From the NCBI GenBank assembly GCA_003518365.1, contig DOYU01000021.1, forward strand, positions 492 to 64,491: DNA of 64,000 nt. The letters are read 5' to 3'. Of the stretch, positions 8,876-18,527 are shown piece by piece (the first letter of the stretch is position 1; every line of letters begins with the position of its first letter). The DNA comes from Candidatus Magasanikiibacteriota bacterium (GTDB taxonomy: Bacteria > Patescibacteriota > Patescibacteriia > Magasanikbacterales > UBA922). The notes under the pieces are model-generated. The model made no database searches and was not told the origin of the DNA. It saw only the letters and a program-made list of their open reading frames with translations. A program made the position numbers and the translations under genes.

Positions 8876-9175
8876 TTCACGAGTCACTTAACACGTAGCA
8901 CGAAACAATCTTACTCTGAACGGGAGGAAACCTTGCCAGGCAAGACTACGCTTCGCTAAGATTATGTTTCACCTACGGTGAAACAAGATTGAAGATTACT
9001 TCACAAAAAGAAGGACATGCATGATATGCATGTCCTTCTTAGCATGTAACATAATCTTCAATCTTTTTTGCCGTAAGGCAAAAGTAATCTTAGTGGAGCG
9101 AAGCGAAACGCAATCTTACGTTGCACTAGGACACACGTTGTCACATACTATGTGACTCGTGTCTCGTGAACTACG
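8872..9175. repeat. Imperfect palindrome of about 300 nt with nested hairpins; possible MITE-like or structured element
   Basis: Centre is the perfect 15-bp-stem palindrome AAGAAGGACATGCAT-GAT-ATGCATGTCCTTCTT (about 9011-9043). Arms share CGCTTCGCT, AAGATTA and AAGATTGAAGATTA. Arm sub-hairpins differ compensatorily (TTCACCTACGGTGAA vs TTGCCTTACGGCAA). Termini are GTTCACGAG...CTCGTGAAC. Confidence 0.55.
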
Positions 9176-10319
9176 TGAACAAAACAAACACACTATACAC
9201 TGCTCCAACAGTCAACACGAGCAAGAGCAATGCACCAAGGAGTGCGATATGATGCAATTTATATTTTCCAGGATCAAGATCACCCAATTTTTTTGCGCGC
9301 CAATAAATCAGAAGAATGAGCAACATCTCAATACTACCAAACACACCACCGACAATATTGATCGCGGCAACAAATTGTCGAAGACCTAATAAAAAAATGA
9401 TACAAGGAATACCAAGTGTCACCACCGTCGCAATGCGCCCACTCATATGATAATCCCATGACAGTGAATCTTTGAGCGATACACCATTGAGCAAAAAGCT
9501 GGTCGCCATGGCAAAGAATGCAAACGCATTGCCAAACAAAAACAACGTGTGGCCGAGCCTATTGCCAAGGCCTATCGTTGCAATTTCTGTTGTCCCCTGT
9601 CCTGTCACCCCTACAACGACGAGCGCAAATGTCAGATACAGCGCCATGACGAGCAACCCTCCTATGAGGATCGCGCGACGAAATGCTCCGTTATCATCTT
9701 TCAAAAGGGCATGTATCTCAGGCACTGCTGTCGTACCATGGAGAGAAAATAAGACCACACCATAGGGAAGAAAGAGATAGGCAAGATTTGTGGTATAGAG
9801 ATGGGTGATGTCAATATGTGGCACACTCAGTGACGTGATAAACAACACAATCACCAAAATGCCAATGGTGAGAATCAGTTCAGCGGTCTTCACAGTGCGA
9901 AGCCCGAGCATCACAAGGAGTGCTGCGAATACAAAGAACACCAGACTCCACTCTACGCTACTGCCCCCAAAGAGCGCAGCAAGCGTTTCCCCTTCTCCAA
10001 TCAGATAAATCACGAGCGCGCCAAACAGCATGCCATACATCATGACGGTCATGATCATCCCGCCTGCCTTTCCTAAATATTTTTTTGCAAACCCAACGAG
10101 CTGAAACGACCCATGTGTTCTCACTGCGACTTCGCCAAGCATGAGATTCAGTCCGATCATAAGCGCGCCTAAGCCAATAATATAGAGCACCCCAATCAAC
10201 ACACCCGCTTGTGCTACAGCATAGGGCAATCCGAGCACTCCAGCACCGATCGTCCCACTGATCATGAGTGCAACGCCTTCAGCCATAGAAAGTTTGCGTC
10301 GAAAAATTCCTTGATGCAT
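9171..10319 (-). CDS. amino-acid permease (APC/aromatic amino-acid transporter-like)
   Basis: About 11 TM helices. MHQGIFRRKLSMAEGVALMISGTIGAGVLGLPYAVAQAG is typical of TnaB/Mtr/TyrP-like permeases. ORF track start at 10409 trimmed to the Met at 10319. Confidence 0.6.
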   Translation of the reverse strand: MHQGIFRRKLSMAEGVALMISGTIGAGVLGLPYAVAQAGVLIGVLYIIGLGALMIGLNLMLGEVAVRTHGSFQLVGFAKKYLGKAGGMIMTVMMYGMLFGALVIYLIGEGETLAALFGGSSVEWSLVFFVFAALLVMLGLRTVKTAELILTIGILVIVLFITSLSVPHIDITHLYTTNLAYLFLPYGVVLFSLHGTTAVPEIHALLKDDNGAFRRAILIGGLLVMALYLTFALVVVGVTGQGTTEIATIGLGNRLGHTLFLFGNAFAFFAMATSFLLNGVSLKDSLSWDYHMSGRIATVVTLGIPCIIFLLGLRQFVAAINIVGGVFGSIEMLLILLIYWRAKKLGDLDPGKYKLHHIALLGALLLLVLTVGAVYSVFVLFT

Positions 10320-10368
10320 GGCAAGGTCTGTGATTTCTAGTTGTGGGCGTTTTCGAAAGAACATGCGA

Positions 10369-11592
10369 TTAAATAGCAACAAGCGTGATAAGGAGCAACA
10401 GAAGACCAAGTGTTTGCACGGTCACATGATGATGCTGATATCGAATCTCCCAAAAGATATTCATGAGAAGTGCGATGGTAAAGAAACCAATAAAGAAAAA
10501 GAATATGCCATTTGTAATATCAAACAAGTTTGTAATAGAAGACAGCAATGATTTCGAGGCAGTGTATTGTTCGATTGGTGTCATTTGTACTTTTGGCAGG
10601 TGCTGCCAATGCAGTGCATAGCTCACAACGTCACCACTCGCGAGTGTCACACGAAGCTCTGGTGCGAGTACTGCAGAGAAATACTCAGACACAGATTCAT
10701 CAATATCGACTGATCCAGAGACAACTCCATAACTTCCTCCCTCTTCTGTGAGAGGAATCGCCGTGTCACCTATCAATACAGCCGCTGAACGATAGTCTTC
10801 GTTGATACTCGCAAATGCAGCAATACGAAATTGTGTGTCACTGATTTCTTCATACCGAACAAACGAACGATCAATATCAACCGGTGGAAGTGTTTCTTCT
10901 TGAACGTCTTCTGGCTCAACACTCACGGCAACAACTTCAGGTGTTGTATCTTCATCAAGAACAATGTCTTCAGCAACGGTTTCTTCTTCTTTTGTCCCGA
11001 GCACGTCGCCAAATGTGGTACTCGATACCACAGGAGCTGGTTCTTCGATTGCTACAAGGGCAAGTTCAGTGACATCCTCAAGAGGTGTATCGGTTACTTC
11101 TTCAAGAGTAGGAGCAACGACACTGCCAGACTTCTCAGCACCAAAGTGCTGCGCCACATACACGACCGGCACGCCATCATACATTCCTGCCGCGAGTCCA
11201 ATACCAGTATCGTGATATTCTGGATCAATAAGATTTGCCAAATGCGTGGGACTATTCACCCAAGCATTGACGAGCGCGCGTGGATCAGAAAAACCAATGG
11301 CAAGATTTTCTCCTGCGGCGCTGTATGGATAGCCAACATCACTAAGCCAAGATGCCAGAGACTTTCCGTCAGGGCCGGTGTGCGCAAAATACGATGCACT
11401 CGCCATGTCTGTGGCTTTGTGTTGTGATGATGCAAAAAGGCGTTGCTCTGATGTGAGTGGCGCGATACCGTTTGCCACGCGCACCTCATTTGTGAGGGTA
11501 AAGAGTCTTGCCTGCTGATCTGCCAAAACATCTGGGATCACATATACCTCCACAGGAACAAGCAGCACAAAGGCAACCACGATCGCTTTCAT
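10369..11592 (-). CDS. CAP/SCP (PR-1-like) domain protein, membrane-anchored, with a long acidic linker
   Basis: N-terminal TM MKAIVVAFVLLVPV. CAP motifs HTGPDGKS, GENLAIG and AWVNSPTHLANLIDPEYHDTGIG. Acidic E/D/T/V-rich middle. C-terminal TM helices. Confidence 0.6.
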   Translation of the reverse strand: MKAIVVAFVLLVPVEVYVIPDVLADQQARLFTLTNEVRVANGIAPLTSEQRLFASSQHKATDMASASYFAHTGPDGKSLASWLSDVGYPYSAAGENLAIGFSDPRALVNAWVNSPTHLANLIDPEYHDTGIGLAAGMYDGVPVVYVAQHFGAEKSGSVVAPTLEEVTDTPLEDVTELALVAIEEPAPVVSSTTFGDVLGTKEEETVAEDIVLDEDTTPEVVAVSVEPEDVQEETLPPVDIDRSFVRYEEISDTQFRIAAFASINEDYRSAAVLIGDTAIPLTEEGGSYGVVSGSVDIDESVSEYFSAVLAPELRVTLASGDVVSYALHWQHLPKVQMTPIEQYTASKSLLSSITNLFDITNGIFFFFIGFFTIALLMNIFWEIRYQHHHVTVQTLGLLLLLITLVAI

Positions 11593-11732
11593 CGCCAAAA
11601 ATAGTCCACTATAAAAAATCGCCCGCTTTGTATGTAAGATATGCGGATGATAATTGTTCTCGCTATGTGGTATGAAAAAATGCTTGAGGGATGCCATACA
11701 AGAATGTCTGTAGTATAGCAATAAAGGAGTAT

Positions 11733-14399
11733 TTATGACAACGTATCTACCAATGAGTCTGCCAATCCAATATATTTTTCTGGTGTCAGTGTAAAAAGAA
11801 ATTGTTTGTCTTCTTCAGAAATATCAAGTGTTGCGACAAAATTCCTAATTGTTAGGCTATCAAGTCGTGTTCCCCTACTCAATTCTTTTAATCGTTCATA
11901 CGCATCCTGCTGTCCATACTTTCGCAACATGGTTTGGATTGCTTCGGTAACGATTTCCGGATGTGCCTGCAATTCTTGCACAAGCGCAGACTGATTTGGG
12001 GTAATCGTAGCCATTCCTTTTATCATACTTTTTACTGCCAAGAATGCATGCGCAAGTGCTACGCCTTGATTGCGTATCATTGTGCTTCCGCTAAGATCTC
12101 TTTGCATACGTGAGACTGGCAGATGCGTCGCCAATGTTGTAAACAATCCGTTGGCAAGAGCAATATTGCCTTCAGCATGTTCAAAGTGAATCGGATTTAC
12201 TTTATGCGGCATGGTACTTGATCCAACATGTTCTTTCTCTACCATTTGTCCAAACATTCCTCGACTAATATAGAGCCACATGTCTCGCGCCAGATCGAGA
12301 AGGATGGTATTTATACGAGAAACAATCTGATAACTTTCTGCAAGTGAATCATATGTATTGACTTGCGTCGTGAGCAGTAATTGTTCAAAGCCAAGGCTTG
12401 CAAGAAATGATTTGTGAAATCGAGGCCAGTCCACGTGCGCATCGAGTATCTGGTGTGCAGCAAACGTTCCTGTTGCCCCACTGCACTTTGCATCAAATGT
12501 CATGTTTGTAAGATTCGCACGCTGCTTTTTCAGTCTCTCTACAAAGACGGCAATTTCTTTCCCGACCGTAGTGGGTGTTGCCGCTTGTCCATGCGTGAGG
12601 GCAAGCATGGGGAGTCTCGCATGTGTCTTTGCAAATGTGGTTAGTGTGCTCATCAATCTATCAAGCGTTGGAACAAAGACCGTGCTCAGTGAATCACGCC
12701 AGAGTGACAGATATGCAATGTTATTGATATCTTCTGATGTCAGTGCGATATGAATAAAGGGAATTGCATGTGAAAGACCAAGCAATGGCAATCGTTCTTG
12801 CAAAAATATTTCAACGGCTTTTACATCATGATGAATCCTTTTTTCAATCTGTTTTACACGCGCAGCATCTTCGAGAGAAAACAATGTTGAAATGTTTCTA
12901 AGCTGCTCTTTTTGTATGTCTGAAAACGAAACCAACGCCGTGAAGGTTGTTTCTTCTGCGAGTGCAATAAGATATGCAATTTCAATATGCACACGAGAGC
13001 GAATCAATGCGTATTCTGAATGATATGCTGCAAGTTCTTGGACTTGTTCATAATATCGTCCGTCGATTGGGGAAATAGCAGTCAATGCGTTGTCAGCACC
13101 TTCTGCAAGATGTGAAGACAACACAACGGTTTCTGAACGCTTTGGACCAAATGACACAATACCGATCGGACACCCGACTTCTTTTTCTATGAAAGAGAGA
13201 TATGTCTGCACTGCAGGGTCAAATCCTTGCATCGTTGTTGGCATCTCGCCTGTGTACACCTGTTGCCATCCAGAGAGCGTGGTGTACACGGGCTGCGCCT
13301 TTCGCATGTCAGACAAACTTGCCGGCATTTCGTGAACAAGTTTTCCATCAATATAATACGCCGTACATACCTTCAATTCATCAAATCCATTCAAGACATC
13401 GAGCTTTGTAATTGCAATTTCAGTGAGTGGATGTACGCGGGCACTTTGCCTTACTTGCACCAAATCAAGCCAACCAATGCGACGCGCTCTCCCTGTCGTT
13501 GTCCCATATTCTTGTCCAAGTTCGCGGATACGGTCCCCGACCGAATCAGTCAATTCTGTCACAAACGGACTTGTCCCGACACGACTAACGTATGCTTTTA
13601 CCACACCGACAATCCGCTTTGGCGCATTGATGCCAAGTCCACTTCCGACTTCTGCGTGCGCTGCGACATTGTTTGAACTTGTCGTATGTGGATACAATCC
13701 ATGATCAGGATCGAGTGACATTCCTTGTGCTCCTTCAAAAAGGATACGTTTCCCTGCTGTATACGCGTGTGCGAGTTCCACTTCGGTATCAGCAATATAT
13801 TGTTTGAGTTGTTGTCCGTATGCAAGATATTGATTCGTGATTTCTTCTTTTGAAGATTGGAAGGTGCCACGAAGAACATTGGTAATCATGCCCACGTTGA
13901 AATCATACGCTTTGTCCAATTTTTCTCGAAACAGCTCTGGCTCGAGCAAATCGCCCATACGAATTCCATGGCGATACATTTTATCTGCATAGACCGGGGC
14001 AATACCACGCTTGGTGCTTCCGGCAGCGAGCGCACCCTGATGCCCAGAGAGTGCTTCATCCATGGCAATGTGATACGGCATGATGACATGCGCGCGTTCG
14101 CTGATAGCAAGTTTCAGTGGTCTACCGTTTTTTGTGATTTCTGCGATTTCTCCGAGAAGCACGCTGGGATCAATGACAACGCCATTTCCTATCACAGAAT
14201 GGGTGTGTTCAGATACCACGCCACAGGGCAACAGATGCAATTTGTATGTTTGTTCTCCAACGACAATCGTATGCCCAGCATTATTTCCTCCGTGAAATCG
14301 AACAACATACTCTGCATCACTCGCAAGCACATCTGTGATTTTTCCTTTCCCCTCATCCCCCCATTGAGCACCCACGACAACGGTTGTTTGTGGTTTCAT
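11733..14399 (-). CDS. purA-purB: bifunctional adenylosuccinate synthetase / adenylosuccinate lyase fusion (PurA-PurB)
   Basis: N-terminal half MKPQTTVVVGAQWGDEGKGKITD...GGNNAGHT...GTTTGRARR is PurA. After a short linker (VLSSHLAEGADNA), LTAISPIDGRYYEQVQEL...THGQAATPTTVGKE...RDLSGSTMIRN...LTPEKYIGLA is PurB. The track shows one uninterrupted 888-aa ORF. Confidence 0.8.
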   Translation of the reverse strand: MKPQTTVVVGAQWGDEGKGKITDVLASDAEYVVRFHGGNNAGHTIVVGEQTYKLHLLPCGVVSEHTHSVIGNGVVIDPSVLLGEIAEITKNGRPLKLAISERAHVIMPYHIAMDEALSGHQGALAAGSTKRGIAPVYADKMYRHGIRMGDLLEPELFREKLDKAYDFNVGMITNVLRGTFQSSKEEITNQYLAYGQQLKQYIADTEVELAHAYTAGKRILFEGAQGMSLDPDHGLYPHTTSSNNVAAHAEVGSGLGINAPKRIVGVVKAYVSRVGTSPFVTELTDSVGDRIRELGQEYGTTTGRARRIGWLDLVQVRQSARVHPLTEIAITKLDVLNGFDELKVCTAYYIDGKLVHEMPASLSDMRKAQPVYTTLSGWQQVYTGEMPTTMQGFDPAVQTYLSFIEKEVGCPIGIVSFGPKRSETVVLSSHLAEGADNALTAISPIDGRYYEQVQELAAYHSEYALIRSRVHIEIAYLIALAEETTFTALVSFSDIQKEQLRNISTLFSLEDAARVKQIEKRIHHDVKAVEIFLQERLPLLGLSHAIPFIHIALTSEDINNIAYLSLWRDSLSTVFVPTLDRLMSTLTTFAKTHARLPMLALTHGQAATPTTVGKEIAVFVERLKKQRANLTNMTFDAKCSGATGTFAAHQILDAHVDWPRFHKSFLASLGFEQLLLTTQVNTYDSLAESYQIVSRINTILLDLARDMWLYISRGMFGQMVEKEHVGSSTMPHKVNPIHFEHAEGNIALANGLFTTLATHLPVSRMQRDLSGSTMIRNQGVALAHAFLAVKSMIKGMATITPNQSALVQELQAHPEIVTEAIQTMLRKYGQQDAYERLKELSRGTRLDSLTIRNFVATLDISEEDKQFLFTLTPEKYIGLADSLVDTLS

Positions 14400-14470
14400 A
14401 CTATTGCTAATTTACGTTGAACAGTGTCTCCAATATCTGCGTAATCATTTTATAATCAGTGTAATCCATG

Positions 14471-15913
14471 CTAGGTGATAGGATTGACATCATGCACACC
14501 ACTTTCTCGCGAACCAGCGCTGGTGATGCGCACAAATGTTACGTTTTCTTGCAGCTCGGCGATCGTGTGTGCATTGGTGTAGCTCATACCCGAGCGAAGC
14601 CCCCCAACAAGCTGATACACAATATCTGCCACCACACCTTTGTATGGCACGATTGACTCTACGCCTTCTGGCACCACGTGCGATAGTTCTTTTTGTTCTT
14701 GTCCTTTTTGCTGGCGTTTTTGCGCCTGAGTAAAGCTGGCACTACCGCGAGATATTTTGAATTTTTTATCCCCTTTTGTCATCACGACGCCCGGACTTTC
14801 TGCCGTGCCTGCAAACATACTGCCAATCATCACTGTGTCCGCGCCTGCGCCAATTGCTTTCACAATATCACCAGACGTTTTGATGCCACCGTCTGCGATC
14901 ACCGGAACGCCGTATGTTTTTGCCACTTTTGCGACTTCACTCACGGCAGTGAGCTGTGGCATGCCGCAACCGGTGACCAAACGAGTAATACAAATTGATC
15001 CAGGACCCACGCCAACTTTCAATGCATCAACACCTGCGTCACACAAATCTTTTGCCGCCTGCGCAGTTGCGATATTTCCGGCGATGAGTGGGGTGCCTGG
15101 CACGGCTTGTTTTAATGCTGCAATGGCATTGATCATGAGATCAGAGTGTCCGTGCGCGATATCAATCACGAGAACATCTGCGCCCGCTGTCACAACAGCT
15201 TTTGCTCGCTCGACAAAATCCCCATGCACGCCCACGGCAGCACCGACAATCAATCGTCCGTCTGTATCAAGATTTGCATCAGGAAAATCTACACTAAGTT
15301 TCATATCATCACTCGTAATAAGTCCGATAATGGTATTTTCTTCATCAACAAGTGGAAGTTTTTCTATTTTATGCCGTGCAAATATTGCTCGTGCATCTTC
15401 AAATGTTGTTTCTTTATTTCCAACAACAAGTTTTTCTCTTGGCGTCATAATCTGTGATACACGTGTATCACCATTTGGTGCATAGAGAAAATCTCGTCGT
15501 GATAAAATGCCAAGCAATTTTTTATCCGGACTTGCGACGAGCAGACCGGTGATGCCAATATCTGCGACATATTCTTTTGCAGAGGCAACGGTTTGATCTT
15601 GTTCTATGGTATAGGGATCTTCAATAATAAAATTTTGTGCGCGTTTTACACGCTTTACTTCTTCAACATTTTCTTCAATCGTATTGAAACGATGCAATAT
15701 ACCAATACCACCGAGGCGTGCCATGGCAATCGCCATGTCTGATCCTGTCACAGAATCCATGTTTGCTGTGACAATAGGTATGTTGATATCAAGCTGACGC
15801 GTCAATCTTGTTTTTGTCTGTGCATCGCTGCGAGAACTCAATGTAGAACGACGTGGGACGATGAGAACATCATCGTATGTGAGGGCAAATGGGATCTGCA
15901 TAGCAAAAGGCAT
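14471..15913 (-). CDS. guaB: IMP dehydrogenase
   Basis: ALTYDDVLIVPRRS..., two CBS domains, GSICITRLVTGCGMPQ catalytic loop, ...GGIKTSGDIVKAIGAGAD. ORF track start at 16012 trimmed to MPFAMQIPF at 15913. Confidence 0.9.
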   Translation of the reverse strand: MPFAMQIPFALTYDDVLIVPRRSTLSSRSDAQTKTRLTRQLDINIPIVTANMDSVTGSDMAIAMARLGGIGILHRFNTIEENVEEVKRVKRAQNFIIEDPYTIEQDQTVASAKEYVADIGITGLLVASPDKKLLGILSRRDFLYAPNGDTRVSQIMTPREKLVVGNKETTFEDARAIFARHKIEKLPLVDEENTIIGLITSDDMKLSVDFPDANLDTDGRLIVGAAVGVHGDFVERAKAVVTAGADVLVIDIAHGHSDLMINAIAALKQAVPGTPLIAGNIATAQAAKDLCDAGVDALKVGVGPGSICITRLVTGCGMPQLTAVSEVAKVAKTYGVPVIADGGIKTSGDIVKAIGAGADTVMIGSMFAGTAESPGVVMTKGDKKFKISRGSASFTQAQKRQQKGQEQKELSHVVPEGVESIVPYKGVVADIVYQLVGGLRSGMSYTNAHTIAELQENVTFVRITSAGSRESGVHDVNPIT

Positions 15914-16097
15914 AAAAAAACCACCAATTGGCGGCGTGTATACTAAAACGACATCTGCATGAATCCTCCTGTGTAGGATCGTGATTTCTTCATAGCAGAA
16001 GTATCGTAGCATGTTTCTTTTTTGTGGGCAAATACTCGACGAGAAAAGTTATCCGCAGTATACTGATGTGCAGAGCAGCCACAAAAGGAGGTCGCTC

Positions 16098-16397
16098 ATG
16101 CCCGACAATGCACAAAGCAGTGCCAATGGCGATACCCTTAGAGGGAATCCCTACATCGCCCGTGAACATGTCATCCTAAACCCTACAGATCCAAACTACG
16201 GAGGACGTCCCATCCCGAGGATCTGTGATCACTGCGTATTCCAACGCCGTGTGGGTACGACCAAGTACTCTGGTTGTTTGGTGGCCCACCAAAGGCCACT
16301 GACTGCCTTCCAGATCACGCAAGGTGATATACCTGATGTGCTTGATGGCAAACAGGTGGGGAACTACTGCACTTCATGGACACGTGTCGCACGCTGA
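16098..16397 (+). CDS. hypothetical small Cys-containing protein (99 aa)
   Basis: Strong SD AAAGGAGG 7 nt before the ATG at 16098. Contains CDHC...C...C. Followed by two hairpins and a T-tract. G/C-richer than its surroundings. No family recognised. Confidence 0.4.
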   Translation: MPDNAQSSANGDTLRGNPYIAREHVILNPTDPNYGGRPIPRICDHCVFQRRVGTTKYSGCLVAHQRPLTAFQITQGDIPDVLDGKQVGNYCTSWTRVAR

Positions 16398-16455
16398 GCA
16401 GACACGCGCGCGCGCCGGTGAGTCTCGTACTCACCGGCGCAGCGCATCAAAAAAA

Positions 16456-16484
16456 GATGACACATTTGTGCATCTCTTTTTTTA
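16456..16484 (+). terminator. Rho-independent terminator after the small Cys protein (an extra GC hairpin precedes it at 16414-16438)
   Basis: GCCGGTGAGT-CTCG-TACTCACCGGC perfect hairpin, then GATGACAC-ATTT-GTGCATC followed by TCTTTTTTTAT. Confidence 0.5.
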
Positions 16485-16503
16485 TATATACTCTTCCGCT
16501 TTT

Positions 16504-17532
16504 TTATTTTTTTGGTTGCAATGTATCTTGAATGAGCGCCCAATATCGATTGTCATCTTTTTGCGTTTTCATAAAGTACCACCACTCCACACCCCAAAAA
16601 TATACACGAGATGCACCAATGCGTGACGCATAGGAAATATTGTCTGCAAGAAATACCGGATTCATGGTCTGTTCCATGTCTTCGATCGTTGTATCAAGTG
16701 GTGTGCTGTCGGTAAACCATGGCTCTGCTTGCAATTCTGAAACAACAAATTGATCGTGTGGCTTATCCCACAGCGCTGCTTTCAAACGGTAAAAACCTGC
16801 TGGCAGCCACTTGTATGAAAAAATCATACCACCAGGTGTGCGTACTCGTCGATATAATGTAGTTCCTAATACATCTCCAAGTTTGCTTGGTCTTCGCCAT
16901 GATGCGAGTTCTCCACTATCTGTCATAACAATCTTACGATCAGGATCAAGGTGTTGAACCAACGCAAGTTCAGAGTAGACAGCCTCTTGATCAAACCTCG
17001 CACAGTCCCCAAATGCAAATCGGATAAACGCTTCGTTTTCTACTTGCCACAATTCAAGCGCTGGATGATCTTGATAGCGTTCTACAACCGTGCGGACATA
17101 GGCAAGCAGCTTTGTGCGATATGATTCTTGTTCAATACCATTGACCCATGCAGGGACATGGCACTCAGGCCAGCGTGGAGCTTTTTGTCCTACGACCAAC
17201 ATGACTTTCACATTATAGGTTGCTGCTTCTTCCATCATCCAGTCCACATTTGAAAAGTCATACGTACCTTCTTCACTCTCAATATCACTCCACATGGCAG
17301 CAATCCTGATATAGTTTGGATGCAGGTCAGTCAGCATTGCTTGATATGCCTGTCGCCAGTCAAGCCCGAGAGATGTTGCATGGTCAGGACTAAAACTAAT
17401 GCCATAGCCGACGTCGTACGTTTTGTGACTATAGGACCAGAAGACGATCCACAGTGCAAGTGCGATGAGAAGTATTGTGGCAAGAGTATATCCGAGGAGT
17501 TTCATAGATTTAGAATGTTGAATGTCCCGCAA
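16504..17532 (-). CDS. glycoside hydrolase, (beta/alpha)8 TIM-barrel type (GH5/GH42-like) with N-terminal signal anchor
   Basis: MKLLGYTLATILLIALALW anchor. MWSDIESEEGTYDF and WQVENEAF (catalytic NE motif). The start could instead be the Met at 17505. Confidence 0.5.
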   Translation of the reverse strand: MRDIQHSKSMKLLGYTLATILLIALALWIVFWSYSHKTYDVGYGISFSPDHATSLGLDWRQAYQAMLTDLHPNYIRIAAMWSDIESEEGTYDFSNVDWMMEEAATYNVKVMLVVGQKAPRWPECHVPAWVNGIEQESYRTKLLAYVRTVVERYQDHPALELWQVENEAFIRFAFGDCARFDQEAVYSELALVQHLDPDRKIVMTDSGELASWRRPSKLGDVLGTTLYRRVRTPGGMIFSYKWLPAGFYRLKAALWDKPHDQFVVSELQAEPWFTDSTPLDTTIEDMEQTMNPVFLADNISYASRIGASRVYFWGVEWWYFMKTQKDDNRYWALIQDTLQPKK

Positions 17533-17540
17533 AGCGGGAT
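17524..17540. repeat. Intergenic hairpin motif GTCCCGCAAAGCGGGAT, copy 1
   Basis: TCCCGC-AAA-GCGGGA stem-loop. The same motif recurs as its reverse complement at 19472-19488. The adjacent GAATGTTG-AATG-CAACATTC hairpin is at 17572-17591. Confidence 0.5.
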
Positions 17541-17609
17541 AGAATGTAGGATCTTGAATGCAGAATATGGAATGTTGAATGCAACATTCTACATTCTATA
17601 TTCCACATT

Positions 17610-18524
17610 CTACAATACAAAAAGTGCTGAGCCCAGTATAACAAATATCATCGCCACTGTCTGTACGGCAATCTCTCGACGAGAAAATGTTTCTTTCAAA
17701 ACACGTGGCGCAAATTTGGTGAGGAGCACGATGAAGAGGGTCATCAAGGCATACTGCACACCAACAAGTGCATTCACGAGCGTCACACTACCAACTGCGA
17801 TCGCGAGCTGGATGAGGACCACACCGACCACGCCGAGGACTTTGTTACTCACAATAATCAGTATGCCTCTGACGCCGCGAAACGCAGCGTTTTCTCCTTC
17901 TGCTTTTTTCACTCGATGAAACGTATTGCGAACAGCAGGAGAAAAAAGACAAACAATCCCAACCAACCCGGTCGTGGCGCGCGTCCACACAAATCCGGTG
18001 AGAAATGGATAGAGTTCATACAAATATTTTGCTGTCACGTGTGAGATAGCAAAGAGAAGAGCCGCAAGGATTCCCCACGCAAAACTGCTGTTGAATTCTA
18101 CAAGCCCTTTCTCATTAAAAAATGCGAGTAACAATGTTGCTCCTGCAAGCACTGCCATGCCGGCGATCTCAATCGTGCGAAGTGTTTCCCCGAGAAAAAC
18201 AAACGCGAGCACAAAAATAACAATGGTAATCATCGCGCCAATAAATGGGTTGATATGGCTTGCTTCTCCCTTTTTTACGGACAAAAACATTGCCCACAAA
18301 CCAAATCCAAATCCAAGCCCAGAGACAAGTGCCCAGAGCCAATCAATCCCATGTAAAAGCCCTACTCCAAACGGAAACGCAAGCAGCGCGCCAAACATGA
18401 AGATGGTAGAATAAAACGTATACACAATAGGATTGCTAAGTGTTTTTGTGAGGATCAATTTGTCGAGCACAAACACAATCGCAAGTGCAACGTATCCGGC
18501 AAGAGCAAGAAGTAACCAAAGCAT
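17610..18524 (-). CDS. EamA/DMT-superfamily membrane transporter
   Basis: 10 predicted TM helices in two 5-TM halves. Gly-rich TM segments typical of EamA-like proteins. Confidence 0.5.
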   Translation of the reverse strand: MLWLLLALAGYVALAIVFVLDKLILTKTLSNPIVYTFYSTIFMFGALLAFPFGVGLLHGIDWLWALVSGLGFGFGLWAMFLSVKKGEASHINPFIGAMITIVIFVLAFVFLGETLRTIEIAGMAVLAGATLLLAFFNEKGLVEFNSSFAWGILAALLFAISHVTAKYLYELYPFLTGFVWTRATTGLVGIVCLFSPAVRNTFHRVKKAEGENAAFRGVRGILIIVSNKVLGVVGVVLIQLAIAVGSVTLVNALVGVQYALMTLFIVLLTKFAPRVLKETFSRREIAVQTVAMIFVILGSALFVL

Positions 18525-18527
18525 AGA

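Noticed and set aside
14468-15485. Plus-strand ORF 14757..15485 (242 aa, Ala/Ser/Thr/Pro-rich) and others antisense to guaB
   Set aside because: It is embedded antisense in IMP dehydrogenase. Its composition reflects the complement of Gly/Ala/Val-rich codons, with no start context.
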